In this document: one piece after another, positions 25,810-34,603 of the stretch
Layout: the number at the start of each line of letters is the position of its first letter
Numbering within the stretch: position 1 is the first letter of the stretch
Source: a virus
Taxonomy: Duplodnaviria; Caudoviricetes
Length of the DNA stretch: 43,398 bases
Reading direction: 5' to 3' (one strand)
IMG/VR virus record: IMGVR_UViG_3300036773_000062
Span: 1-43,398 of that record
Notes under the pieces: model-generated
The model's input: only the letters and a program-made list of their open reading frames with translations
The model's database searches: none
What the model was told of the DNA's origin: nothing
Position numbers and translations under genes: made by a program

Positions 25810-26072
25810 TTTCCCGTAGCGGGCGGCGATGGTAGTGGGAATCCTTTTTCCACCATCGCCAATTCTTTTCCCGGGACTTGCGCCGTCTTGGTTAAAGGCG
25901 CCGCGGCGAAGGCCTGCCGACGCTGCGGCTGCGGATCATCGGCCAGGGGCTCGAGCCACGGTGGTTTACGCACCGAGAGCTCCTTGCCGTAGGATTCTTC
26001 GCACCAGAAAATCTCGCCTGCGCGGATAAATCCGTATGGGCTCTGCCAGCTGGTGAGTGCTTTTGCTTTCAT
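25683..26072 (-). CDS. Small capsid-adjacent protein (129 aa; Pro/Ala-rich, basic C-terminal half), frameshift donor
   Basis: ATG 26072 with GGAG upstream; directly after the capsid gene; contains G_GGA_AAG at 25815-25809. Confidence 0.75.
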   Translation of the reverse strand: MKAKALTSWQSPYGFIRAGEIFWCEESYGKELSVRKPPWLEPLADDPQPQRRQAFAAAPLTKTAQVPGKELAMVEKGFPLPSPPATGKLTDSGPEKLAPSLPPDPAPPAKTRRGARGNAKRSSSTRASD

Positions 26073-26093
26073 CGATGGGGTGCTCCGCGGCGT

Positions 26094-26134
26094 AAAAGGC
26101 CGCGCACTTGAGGCCGTAATCCCAAGCGCGCGGC
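26094..26134 (-). terminator. GC-rich hairpin with short U-tract after the major capsid gene
   Basis: Minus strand GCCGCGCGCTTGGG-N8-CTCAAGTGCGCGGC-CTTTT. Confidence 0.65.
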
Positions 26135-26166
26135 AGCTAAGGCCAATCTCCCTTACCCAGCGTGGC

Positions 26167-27519
26167 TTAAGTGCTGGTTCCCGCCGGGAAATTGCCATAG
26201 ACGAACGCCGCCGGCCGCGTGACCGCGAGCGCCAAACGCTCTTCGCACAAGATGGTCACGAGATTGCGCACGAAATCATCCTGATCCTCGGTCGAGACCA
26301 GGATCTGCGCTTGCTCGCGATCAAAGAGCATGGCAGCCAACTTGAACGCACCCACCAGGAAGTCCCCGACGTGCATGGAGTCCGACTGCACCACCGGCAA
26401 GCCCCAGATCATGGCGGGAATCGAGCCCATCGGCTGCGCCAGGATGTAACGGTCTTGGCTGTCCTTGGTGAGCTCGATGTTGTGCCAGTCCACGGGCGAC
26501 ATGACGGCGCCCGAAGCCGGGTAGAACGCCAACCGGACCTGCAGGATCGCATGGCGAATGACATCGATGAAGGTGTCGGTCGCCTTCGCAAACGCGCCGC
26601 TATAGACCGTCGCCTGCGGCACGATGCCCTGCAGATGCTCACCTGTCCCATCGCCAAAGAGCAGCTCATGCTCTTCGGTCAGTTTCAGGCCGAAGTTCAA
26701 GCGCGCATCGATCAATGCGGCGAGCTGCTGGAAGTCCGCGAGCACCTGTTTCGAGGCCTTGATCCAGTGGGCGATGGTCGTCACCGGCACGTTCAAGCGG
26801 CTGTAGGTGATGTCGGACTGCGGCTTTAGCGCCCCTTCCGAGACAACGCCTGCGTTATTGGTGAAGACATTCTCCTTCACCCAGTAGATCAAATCCGTGC
26901 CGGTGGTGCCGCCGGCGAGCAAATCTCGCACGGTCAAGTTCTGCAGGTACGGAACGACGACGGTCGGCAAATACTCGGGCGTGATGCCCTCGCCCGCGCT
27001 GCCCGCGAGGCTCGTGATCGTCTTCAGCTGGAACGGGCGTGACATGTGCTTGCCGGTGCCCTTGCCGATCGGCACGAAGTTTTTGAATTCCTCCGACTCG
27101 ATGTACTGCTGGCCGATCGACTTGGGCGCACCCTTGCGCCCGCCGGTGAGTCCGGTCGCGATCTTTTGCTCGAGGAGCACGATGCGCCGTTCGTTATCCG
27201 CCTTGTAATCGGCGAATTCCCCCATCAGCTTGCCTCCATCCTTGTTGAGCTTGTCGACGGCCTCTTTGGTCGATTCCTGGATCTTGCCGAAGGTTTTCAC
27301 GTCCTCGGCGGTCTTGTCGATCACGACCTTGACGGTGTCGAAGTGTTTACCCAAGGCCTTTTCGATCGCGGCCTTCAATTTCTCGCCGTTTTCCGCCTCG
27401 TCGGCGAGCGCCATGGGCCCGTGGTAGAGGTAGCTTTCTTCCTGCGCGCGATCCCACTGAAGGGTCGCCATATCGAGTACGCCGCGCGTGATGATGCGTC
27501 GGCCTAGTGTGCGTGTCAT
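26167..27519 (-). CDS. Major capsid protein, HK97 family
   Basis: SIGQQYI.S, V.EG.LKP.S, TIAHW..ASKQVL.D and F.RN.VTI.CEERLALAV.RP.AFV motifs. Confidence 0.96.
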   Translation of the reverse strand: MTRTLGRRIITRGVLDMATLQWDRAQEESYLYHGPMALADEAENGEKLKAAIEKALGKHFDTVKVVIDKTAEDVKTFGKIQESTKEAVDKLNKDGGKLMGEFADYKADNERRIVLLEQKIATGLTGGRKGAPKSIGQQYIESEEFKNFVPIGKGTGKHMSRPFQLKTITSLAGSAGEGITPEYLPTVVVPYLQNLTVRDLLAGGTTGTDLIYWVKENVFTNNAGVVSEGALKPQSDITYSRLNVPVTTIAHWIKASKQVLADFQQLAALIDARLNFGLKLTEEHELLFGDGTGEHLQGIVPQATVYSGAFAKATDTFIDVIRHAILQVRLAFYPASGAVMSPVDWHNIELTKDSQDRYILAQPMGSIPAMIWGLPVVQSDSMHVGDFLVGAFKLAAMLFDREQAQILVSTEDQDDFVRNLVTILCEERLALAVTRPAAFVYGNFPAGTST

Positions 27520-27531
27520 GGTGTCAGTTCC

Positions 27532-28212
27532 TTACAATTTGAAGTTCTCAATGAGTGCGATGATGGAATCTTCCGATTCCTGGCTATGCGCCGTTCCCTC
27601 AGCCTCACGCTGATTGAGTAGCTTCGTCAGGCCACCGTTCGCAATCGCGGTCGCCCGACTTCTCGAAATCCCCCCAGCCTCACGCAGGAAGGACTCAAAC
27701 TGCTTGAGCGTCGGCAGTTCGCCGCGCGCAAAAATGCTTTTCACATCAGTGATGACGGCTTCGATGTTGGCCGGAAAGGTCACCAGCGAAATTTCCCACA
27801 GATCGATTTCCGTGAGCCGGTACAAATCCATTTTGCCGTCAAAGGTGATGCCGCCGGTTGGAATATCGTAGCCGATCGACATGGAGCGAATGACTTTTGC
27901 TTTCATCAACGCGTAGGCCGTCTTCGCCTGCGGCACATCGTCGATCAGCAGTTGCCCCTCGACATAGAGGCCGGTCTCGTCCTCTTCCATTTTCGTGAAC
28001 GGCCCGATGGGCATGGTCGACATGTGCTGCCACAACGCTGGCGGTAGCGCGTCGCGTTCTTTCCAGGCCGAGAGCGTGCCGGTGAAGGCGCCCTTCATCA
28101 CCACGTCCCGGTAGGAATCCATGACGCCGAACGCCGAGCCGTAGCCGGCGAAGCTGCCGTCTTTTTCGATCGCTTTGATCTTCATCGGCAAATTGCGGTG
28201 CTTTAAATTCAT
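27532..28212 (-). CDS. HK97-family prohead protease
   Basis: F.GYGS.F...DSY.DVV..GAF, LWQH, SIGY and LWEISLVTFPAN motifs. Confidence 0.95.
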   Translation of the reverse strand: MNLKHRNLPMKIKAIEKDGSFAGYGSAFGVMDSYRDVVMKGAFTGTLSAWKERDALPPALWQHMSTMPIGPFTKMEEDETGLYVEGQLLIDDVPQAKTAYALMKAKVIRSMSIGYDIPTGGITFDGKMDLYRLTEIDLWEISLVTFPANIEAVITDVKSIFARGELPTLKQFESFLREAGGISRSRATAIANGGLTKLLNQREAEGTAHSQESEDSIIALIENFKL

Positions 28213-29564
28213 GTGACGAGCCTCAGTTTGGGCGGTGGTTTTTGCGCATCGGGCGGCGCCACGATCGTTTGCTGGCCGCCCATGGTTTCAATTTTGTCCA
28301 ACGGGATGAGATTCGACTGCACCGTGAGCACATCCCCGCCCTCGGCCGGCGGCAGATCCTCGCGCGCGCGGATTTCGTTCCGGGTCATCACGCCGTTTTG
28401 TGAATAGGTGGAATAGAGCGCCGCGCGGGCGGCGGAGTCGGCACCCAGAAGGTCATCCGTGTCGATGGTTAGATACAGCCTGTTTTGATCTTTGGGGCGA
28501 ATGAGCTGGATGGCGCAGGCTTGTTCCAATTGGCGAATGATCGGCCGTAAGGAGAGCCCCAGCCAGCCCAGCATCAAGTTTTCGATGCCCGTACCCCAAC
28601 TGGTGACGCCGGCGGCCGCGTGACCGATCAAGACCGGCGGCACGCCGTACCAGCGGCAGATATCCTCGACCGCGAACTGGCGCGAGGCCAAGAGTTGCAC
28701 GTCCTGCGGGTTCATGGTGAGCGACTCGAACTTCATGCCGCCCTCGAGCACCATGACGCCACCGGCGTGCTCGCCGCCCGTCGTGAACTTGCGCACGGAG
28801 GCGCGGATTTCCTCGCGCTCGTCTTTCTTCAAGTAGCCCGCCGCCTGCACGAAGCCGCCGGCGCGCATGCCATTCCTGAAGGTGTCGGCTGTCGCCTCGT
28901 CGCCCGCCATCGCGATCCCTAAACTATTGCGGGCATAGGCAATCGGGGACAGGCCGACCAGGCCATCGAGCGAGCGGCCCTTGAAGTGGAAAATATCGGT
29001 GGCGGCATAGTCCTGCATCCCCAAGATCGGGGCGTAATAGCGGTAGCGAATGAGGCCGTTCTGATCCCGATAGGGGGTCATCAGCTCGGGGCGAAAGGGA
29101 TCCATCATGATCACGCGGCCGTCCTGGCCGAAGGTTTTCTTGGCATAGCCGTTGCCCCAGAGCGAGCGTGACCCCAGCATCATGGTCCAGAATTCGATCG
29201 ACGACATTTGCGGGTTTGGCTGAAATCCGAGCACTGTGTAGAGCGGATCGTCGAGCGCCGGCGCGCCGAAACTCGAGCCCGGGCGCTCGCGCTGATTGAG
29301 GATGAACGGGAGCGAGGCGACGGTCTCCGAGATCAGCCACACGCAGGCCCATGCCGCCGAGATGCTGAGCGCCCCTTTAGGCGTGATGTCTTTGCCCGTC
29401 TGCGACCGGACAACATTGACCGGCGGCACGCCCTGCCCGTAACCCGGCGTTGGGAAGTAGCCGGCGCCCGCGTACCCCATGGAGGAGTCATACAGCCCTT
29501 GAAAAAAGGTCGCCGATTTACGCAGCAGATGGCGCGCGACCGCGCGCAAGCGCGACGGCTTCAC
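28209..29564 (-). CDS. Portal protein, HK97 family
   Basis: WACV..ISE.VASLP, PN..M, WGN.YA, GLSPI, I.RWYGVPP and MT.NE.R..E.LPP motifs. Confidence 0.95.
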   Translation of the reverse strand: MKPSRLRAVARHLLRKSATFFQGLYDSSMGYAGAGYFPTPGYGQGVPPVNVVRSQTGKDITPKGALSISAAWACVWLISETVASLPFILNQRERPGSSFGAPALDDPLYTVLGFQPNPQMSSIEFWTMMLGSRSLWGNGYAKKTFGQDGRVIMMDPFRPELMTPYRDQNGLIRYRYYAPILGMQDYAATDIFHFKGRSLDGLVGLSPIAYARNSLGIAMAGDEATADTFRNGMRAGGFVQAAGYLKKDEREEIRASVRKFTTGGEHAGGVMVLEGGMKFESLTMNPQDVQLLASRQFAVEDICRWYGVPPVLIGHAAAGVTSWGTGIENLMLGWLGLSLRPIIRQLEQACAIQLIRPKDQNRLYLTIDTDDLLGADSAARAALYSTYSQNGVMTRNEIRAREDLPPAEGGDVLTVQSNLIPLDKIETMGGQQTIVAPPDAQKPPPKLRLVT

Positions 29565-31354
29565 GCCATCACCGGCGCCGCAAAGAAACCGGCCCGATCG
29601 CCGGTTTCCTCAACATCCATCGCGAAGCCGCCAAAGGCCATGAAGAGCGCGCAGGCGCCGTCGATTTTATCCGGCGAGCGTGCTTTGTTGGGCTTGACGT
29701 TCATGTTGGAGTCGAAGGATGGCACCACGTTCGCCATGTGCCAGGTGAGCACCGGATTGCCGCCGTGCTTAAGATTGCCATTCAGGTACGCCGCCTCGCA
29801 AAGCTTCATCGCCGGCGTGTAAGAGCGCGGCCCCTGGATGAATTGCATCAGGCCGTGCATATCCTCCGGTGTGGCAGCGTCCACGCCTTCATCGATCAAG
29901 TCGTTGACCAACTGCGCAGAATTCCACGGATCATAGGCAATGATTTTGGGCTGGAAACGCCGAATATCCGTCAGCATGTCGGCCGCGATGGCGTTGTAAT
30001 CATTCGTAGCTCCGCTGCATTGCGTGACCAAGCCGGACTGAATCCAGCCGGCATAGTTGACCGATTTCCTCTCGGTTCGCTGCGCTACGGCTTCAGCAGG
30101 GACCCAAAAGCGGCCCCAAGTGTAGAAGGTTTCTTGGATCTTCCACAACAAACGCCACGCCGCCATGTCGGTATTCGACGCACCATCGAAGCCCGCGGTG
30201 CACGGATGCCCCTCCATCTCCTCGAGCGTGAAGCCGCCACCGCAGCGTCGCCACTTCGTTAAGTTGGTCCAACTGGTCGCAGCGGAGGCGCGTCGATTCA
30301 AGCGCTTGATGCGAAATTCCGATAGCGATCCCGGCATCTGCTGCGCGGCGACCGCGGCTTTGCGGATCTCCTGCAGGATGTAGGGATTCACCGTCATCAG
30401 GGGATTCGCCTTGATCCAGGTGGATTCATCGAAGTCGTCATCGTCCTCGTCGACCGCGTAGTAAAGAGCCAAGAAGTGATCGGCCTCGACCACGCCGTTC
30501 AAAATGTTGTGCGCAAAGCCGCGAAGTTCCGCCCAGGGCCCGGGTGATTCATAGCCCTCGGTGGTGGTGTAGAGCTTCAGTGGCGACGCGCGCGCGCCGC
30601 CGGCGCTGTTCAAGACCTCGAGCAGATCGCGGGTTTTATGCGCGTGGATCTCATCCAATGAGGTGTGTGAGGGATTGAGGCCATCCTGGGTCGAGGCCTT
30701 GGAGTTGATGGGCTTAAAGATCCCGCCGATTTCGTAGCGGTTGATCTGGCTCACCATGGCCTCCAAATCGAATTCGGCTTGCATCTCGGGTTCTTTCTCG
30801 ACCATGCGCTTCGCCACGTTGAAGACGATCCGCGCTTGGCTGCCGGTGGTCGCGGCACTGATGACCTGCGCGCCATTTTCATTCTCGAAGCAAAAGCAGT
30901 AGAGCAGGATCCCGGCCGCAATGGTCGACTTGGCATTCTTGCGCGCCGTGGCCAATAACCCTTCGGTATAGCGCCTGGTACCGTTGCCGACGCTTCGAAA
31001 GCCAAACAGTTGCACGATGAAAAACACATGCGCCGGGTGCAGCTTGATAGTTTCCGTGGCCCAGGTCCCCTCGACATGCGGCAAGCACTCCATGAAGGCG
31101 CAGGCGCGGTTGGCCTGGTCGGCGGAGAACACGAACGGCGGCTTTTTCCGCTGCGAGCGCTTGAGATCGGCGATGAATCGTCTGGCGGCTTTGCGCACCC
31201 AGGTGCAAAAGGCGCGATGTTTTCTATCCTCGAGCGCCTCTTCCGCGTAGGCAATCGCTACCGACACATAGTCGGCCGGATCAATCGTCGATGTTGAATT
31301 GCCGGAGCTTGCCGAACGGGCTTTTGGTCTTCTTCCTGCCGATGACTTTGACAC
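29561..31354 (-). CDS. terL: Terminase large subunit
   Basis: ARKNAKST Walker A-like, DEIHA Walker B, W.KANP, YDPWN and KIDG motifs. Confidence 0.95.
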   Translation of the reverse strand: MSKSSAGRRPKARSASSGNSTSTIDPADYVSVAIAYAEEALEDRKHRAFCTWVRKAARRFIADLKRSQRKKPPFVFSADQANRACAFMECLPHVEGTWATETIKLHPAHVFFIVQLFGFRSVGNGTRRYTEGLLATARKNAKSTIAAGILLYCFCFENENGAQVISAATTGSQARIVFNVAKRMVEKEPEMQAEFDLEAMVSQINRYEIGGIFKPINSKASTQDGLNPSHTSLDEIHAHKTRDLLEVLNSAGGARASPLKLYTTTEGYESPGPWAELRGFAHNILNGVVEADHFLALYYAVDEDDDDFDESTWIKANPLMTVNPYILQEIRKAAVAAQQMPGSLSEFRIKRLNRRASAATSWTNLTKWRRCGGGFTLEEMEGHPCTAGFDGASNTDMAAWRLLWKIQETFYTWGRFWVPAEAVAQRTERKSVNYAGWIQSGLVTQCSGATNDYNAIAADMLTDIRRFQPKIIAYDPWNSAQLVNDLIDEGVDAATPEDMHGLMQFIQGPRSYTPAMKLCEAAYLNGNLKHGGNPVLTWHMANVVPSFDSNMNVKPNKARSPDKIDGACALFMAFGGFAMDVEETGDRAGFFAAPVMA

Positions 31355-31748
31355 GTGACCTTGAGGATGGGGAAAACCCTAAATCGCTCGCCGCTTTTAT
31401 CATAACGGCGGCCTGGCTGTTCTTGATCGTGAGGTAGGGATTCTGGCCGTGCCACTTACCGAGCTTGACCATGATGCCTTGCGTCGCAACCTTGTGCGCC
31501 GCGTCTTCGTGGAAGGATTTGGCGACCACATAGATCTCGAGGATGCCGGAGTCCAATTTCTTCAGCATCCCCGGCGGCGAATTCGCAATGCATTCACGCC
31601 AAATCGCTTGCTGGCGGGCGGATAAATGCGATGGTGGGTCGAAGAGATCACCGTCCGGCACTGGCTCCAATTGATTTTTGAGCGCTTCCGGCGGCGTGCC
31701 ATCGACGACTTTTAGATACGAAGGCTTGGGTTTTCGGCCGCTCGGCAT
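31281..31748 (-). CDS. terS: Terminase small subunit, P27 family
   Basis: GRKPKP..LK...G, PP.HL, NP.L and LG.SPSSR motifs. Confidence 0.92.
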   Translation of the reverse strand: MPSGRKPKPSYLKVVDGTPPEALKNQLEPVPDGDLFDPPSHLSARQQAIWRECIANSPPGMLKKLDSGILEIYVVAKSFHEDAAHKVATQGIMVKLGKWHGQNPYLTIKNSQAAVMIKAASDLGFSPSSRSRVKVIGRKKTKSPFGKLRQFNIDD

Positions 31749-31769
31749 AGGTAAATCGGAATATACCCG

Positions 31770-32141
31770 CTATTTCGGCGCTGCGGCTGCGCTTTCCGTC
31801 ACGGTCGGCGCGGCCTCGAGCGCTGCCAGCAACGCATCTGCGTCCGCGATCGCGCTCCCGACCATCGCGGCGCGCTTGGTGGAGTGACCCTCGTGGCGGA
31901 TCGCGGCGGCGAGGAACTTTGCGGCTAGGTCGCGACGCACTTCGCGCGCGGAATGCTCGAACAGCGATTTGTGCAGCGGCTCGAAGCTATGGCCCGGACT
32001 CAAGATGTAGCCCGGCACCGGCGGATAACTTGATGGCTCCGCAAGCAGTCTGGACGCTCGAAAACGATTCGGATTCGGCCACCAGGGCCACTCAAACAAG
32101 CCGCCGAAGACGCGTTTGACCCAGCGTTTTTCTTCACGCAT
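31770..32141 (-). CDS. Hypothetical protein between the cos region and terS
   Basis: ORF track; C-terminal RD..AA........A...ADALLAAL motif common in phage proteins. Confidence 0.6.
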   Translation of the reverse strand: MREEKRWVKRVFGGLFEWPWWPNPNRFRASRLLAEPSSYPPVPGYILSPGHSFEPLHKSLFEHSAREVRRDLAAKFLAAAIRHEGHSTKRAAMVGSAIADADALLAALEAAPTVTESAAAAPK

Positions 32142-32149
32142 GGGGTCGG

Positions 32150-32256
32150 CTTTTTGGCGGCTGCGCTTTTAACCTTCTAAACACGCGTTCGCCCGTCGAT
32201 TTGCTCGCGACTTCGCGACCCCCTACCCGGGTGGCCCCGCCCTACCCGCCGAATAT
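32150..32256. other. Probable cos packaging region
   Basis: Non-coding, G-run-rich stretch on the minus strand (GGGTAGGGCGGGG...GGGTAGGGGG) just after the packaging HNH and upstream of terS. This is the usual cos position in HNH/P27 phages. Confidence 0.45.
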
Positions 32257-32604
32257 TCATCGCTTCGCCCGCATCGCAGCGAGTTGCCGCAAGCGTGTGT
32301 GCCTGTCATGGCAGCGCTTGGCCATCGACTGCAGGTTATTCCAATCGAGCCGCTTGGTCGGATCGTCTCTGATGTCAACGATGTGATTGACCACGTTGGC
32401 AGGCATGACACGCTTGCGCCCATCGTCACAACGCTCGCACTGGCACAGTGGATGCTGTGCCAAGAAGCGTGCACGCAGGCGCTGCCAATCGCCATCGTAT
32501 CCCAGCTCATCGGTAGTACCGCGACGCCGCGTTGCCACCTGGGCCAGCATCGATGGACTGCCGCGCACGCGTAACGGTTTCATCGTCGTTGGTCTAATGG
32601 GCAT
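32257..32604 (-). CDS. Packaging-associated HNH endonuclease (HK97 gp74-like)
   Basis: GYD..W..LR..FL..HPLC.C, V.HI and NLQS....CH...T motifs. Confidence 0.88.
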   Translation of the reverse strand: MPIRPTTMKPLRVRGSPSMLAQVATRRRGTTDELGYDGDWQRLRARFLAQHPLCQCERCDDGRKRVMPANVVNHIVDIRDDPTKRLDWNNLQSMAKRCHDRHTRLRQLAAMRAKR

Positions 32605-32688
32605 GAGCTATCCAACCAATGTAGAACACCAAGGCGATGATGAGTAGCGCAGTGACAATCTCACCGGGGCGATGCTCGTGATCGTCTC

Positions 32689-33201
32689 TCACGAGGCCAC
32701 CTTGTAGCCCATGCGATGGAACACGCGCATGGTCAAGTCAATCGCAAAGCCCTTGGCCAAGAGCGTCTGATCGAACCTGAGCACGTACCAACCCAAGAGC
32801 GTCGCCACGTTGTACTTCACCATGTCCTCCTTGATCCCCGTGGGTGAGGCGTGCCGGCCCATGACGATCATCTGCCTCTTGCCCATCACCATCGCGGGCA
32901 TCATCACTAGCCCTTCAATTTCGACCGCGACCTTGATTGGTCGATGCTCGGTCGTGCGCGGCAGATCCCACGCGAAATCGAACCGCCAATTGCGCTTCAT
33001 CTGCTTGGCAAAAGGATATTGGCGCGCGAACGGCGGGAGTTTGCGAGCCGTGCATTCGAAGGCGAATTGATCCTCCAGTTCCTGGCTTTTACTGCGTTTC
33101 TTTTTCGTCTCGAGCGCTTGGTCTAGGGCGCGCAACTGCACGACCTTGGCCTTCACGGTAGGTGTGAGATCGAACGCTTCCCGTTCCTGCGCGCTAGCCA
33201 C
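32689..33201 (-). CDS. PD-(D/E)XK endonuclease (DUF559/Vsr-like)
   Basis: WRFDFAW...VAVEIEG...GRH...D..KYN.A...GW.VLRF motif. Confidence 0.8.
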   Translation of the reverse strand: MASAQEREAFDLTPTVKAKVVQLRALDQALETKKKRSKSQELEDQFAFECTARKLPPFARQYPFAKQMKRNWRFDFAWDLPRTTEHRPIKVAVEIEGLVMMPAMVMGKRQMIVMGRHASPTGIKEDMVKYNVATLLGWYVLRFDQTLLAKGFAIDLTMRVFHRMGYKVAS

Positions 33202-33448
33202 GATTGCGAAACGTCAGCTGATCGGGTTTGTCGATCGAAGGTAATTGTGGCTGCAATGCCTGCCCGAAGGTCAATTGCTGAAACCAAATTTTCTTCGTGT
33301 GGACGATCTTGACCAAATCATCAGCGCTCAACTCCCAGCAGCTGGTCACGGTTCCATTCTTGGCAATGTGAACCGGCAACGGTTGATACTCCGGCTGATC
33401 TTCCGCCAGGACCAAAGTCTGCTCGGCGAACTCAACCGGTTTCATCAA
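33194..33448 (-). CDS. Conserved phage hypothetical protein (AEDQPEYQPLP)
   Basis: Recognisable family motif. Confidence 0.75.
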   Translation of the reverse strand: MMKPVEFAEQTLVLAEDQPEYQPLPVHIAKNGTVTSCWELSADDLVKIVHTKKIWFQQLTFGQALQPQLPSIDKPDQLTFRNRG

Positions 33449-34134
33449 TGCGTGCCGGCGTGAATATCGCGGGCCTTCGCGGGCTTCGATTTCACCGGCC
33501 GCGCGCGTTTCGGTTTCGCTTTGTGGCCATCGAGGAGCGCTCGATCGCTCGCCGCCTGCTCCTCGACCGTTTCCTGCTCGGCCTCATCCTCGGCAATCGC
33601 CTGCGCGGCGGTCGTGGGTTCGCCCAGGGCGAGTTGCTTCTGCTGCACTTCGGCGAGCTTTCCGACTTCGATCTTGATCGCGATTTCCTGGTCGAGCCAG
33701 TTGTCGAGCTCCGCTACGTCATCGCTTTGCGCCGAGTGGTACTGCAGCATGCATTTGAGCTCGGTCATGCCGCCCACCTGCGGATCGATTTTAAGGTTGG
33801 TGAGCTTGATGTCGTGCAGCTTGATTTTGCGCAGGTCAATGCCGACGAAGATCACGGCATTGCATTGCTCGAACTTACCGGTGAGCGGAATTGGCCCGAT
33901 CTTGCCCTGGAACAAAGGTTCAAAAAAGCCGCTCGATTTTTCATTGAACAGCGCTTCCGCCGCGAGCGTTTCGCGCAGTAGCCCGCAGAGCTCGTTGCGA
34001 TTGATCGTGGTCGTGATCGGGATGTCCTTGCGCGGGACTTTTTCCTCGCCGTGAAGTTCGCGGTTGGTGCTGATCGAGGTCCCCAACTGTGCCGCGCGTT
34101 TATCGAGCAGCAACATCGTTTTCGGTTTCGTCAT
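33445..34134 (-). CDS. Hypothetical protein
   Basis: 229-aa ORF with RBS and typical codon use. Confidence 0.75.
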   Translation of the reverse strand: MTKPKTMLLLDKRAAQLGTSISTNRELHGEEKVPRKDIPITTTINRNELCGLLRETLAAEALFNEKSSGFFEPLFQGKIGPIPLTGKFEQCNAVIFVGIDLRKIKLHDIKLTNLKIDPQVGGMTELKCMLQYHSAQSDDVAELDNWLDQEIAIKIEVGKLAEVQQKQLALGEPTTAAQAIAEDEAEQETVEEQAASDRALLDGHKAKPKRARPVKSKPAKARDIHAGTH

Positions 34135-34333
34135 GTGATTTCCCTTAGGGTGGTGAACGAACGTTATCGTCGAGGTGGTGTGAACACGGGACAGTTTTTC
34201 TCGTGCGGTGTTTTGCGGCAGGTGCAGAGCAAATCCTCACCCACCGGCCGATAGGCATCGTGAATGGCATCGGGATTGACCTGCTTTTTCGCCGGGTCGC
34301 CGAAGCCCGGAATGTACGGTCGGTTGGCGGGTC

Positions 34334-34603
34334 TCATGGTGATTTCCCCTTGCGAGTTGTGGGCACGAGTGGCTCTCCGTAGAACCGTTGAAAACTTTGG
34401 GCGTACGTCTCAGGCTTCCCCGTCGGCGCGCGGCCGATGATGGTGCAATCCATGCGCGACTCGAGGATCGCCGCGCGGATCCGCTGCTTGCGCGTGTCGG
34501 GATCCGCGAGGCCGTCGAAGATGCGTTTGCCGTGATCCGCGAGACGCCGCGCGAAGTACATCTCGACGTCGAATTGCTTGAAGTCGATGGATTGCTGGCT
34601 CAT
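34334..34603 (-). CDS. Hypothetical protein
   Basis: ATGA overlap with the replication gene. Confidence 0.65.
   Translation of the reverse strand: MSQQSIDFKQFDVEMYFARRLADHGKRIFDGLADPDTRKQRIRAAILESRMDCTIIGRAPTGKPETYAQSFQRFYGEPLVPTTRKGKSP

Noticed and set aside
25129-25935. GT paralog 1 as a pseudogene
   Set aside because: The domain is uninterrupted with all motifs intact and a correctly phased slippery heptamer at its start. A frameshift fusion is more parsimonious, though not proven.
32689-34603. Q-like late antiterminator or DnaB/DnaC-type replication partner
   Set aside because: No ORF here shows motifs I can recognise for these functions; left as hypothetical.
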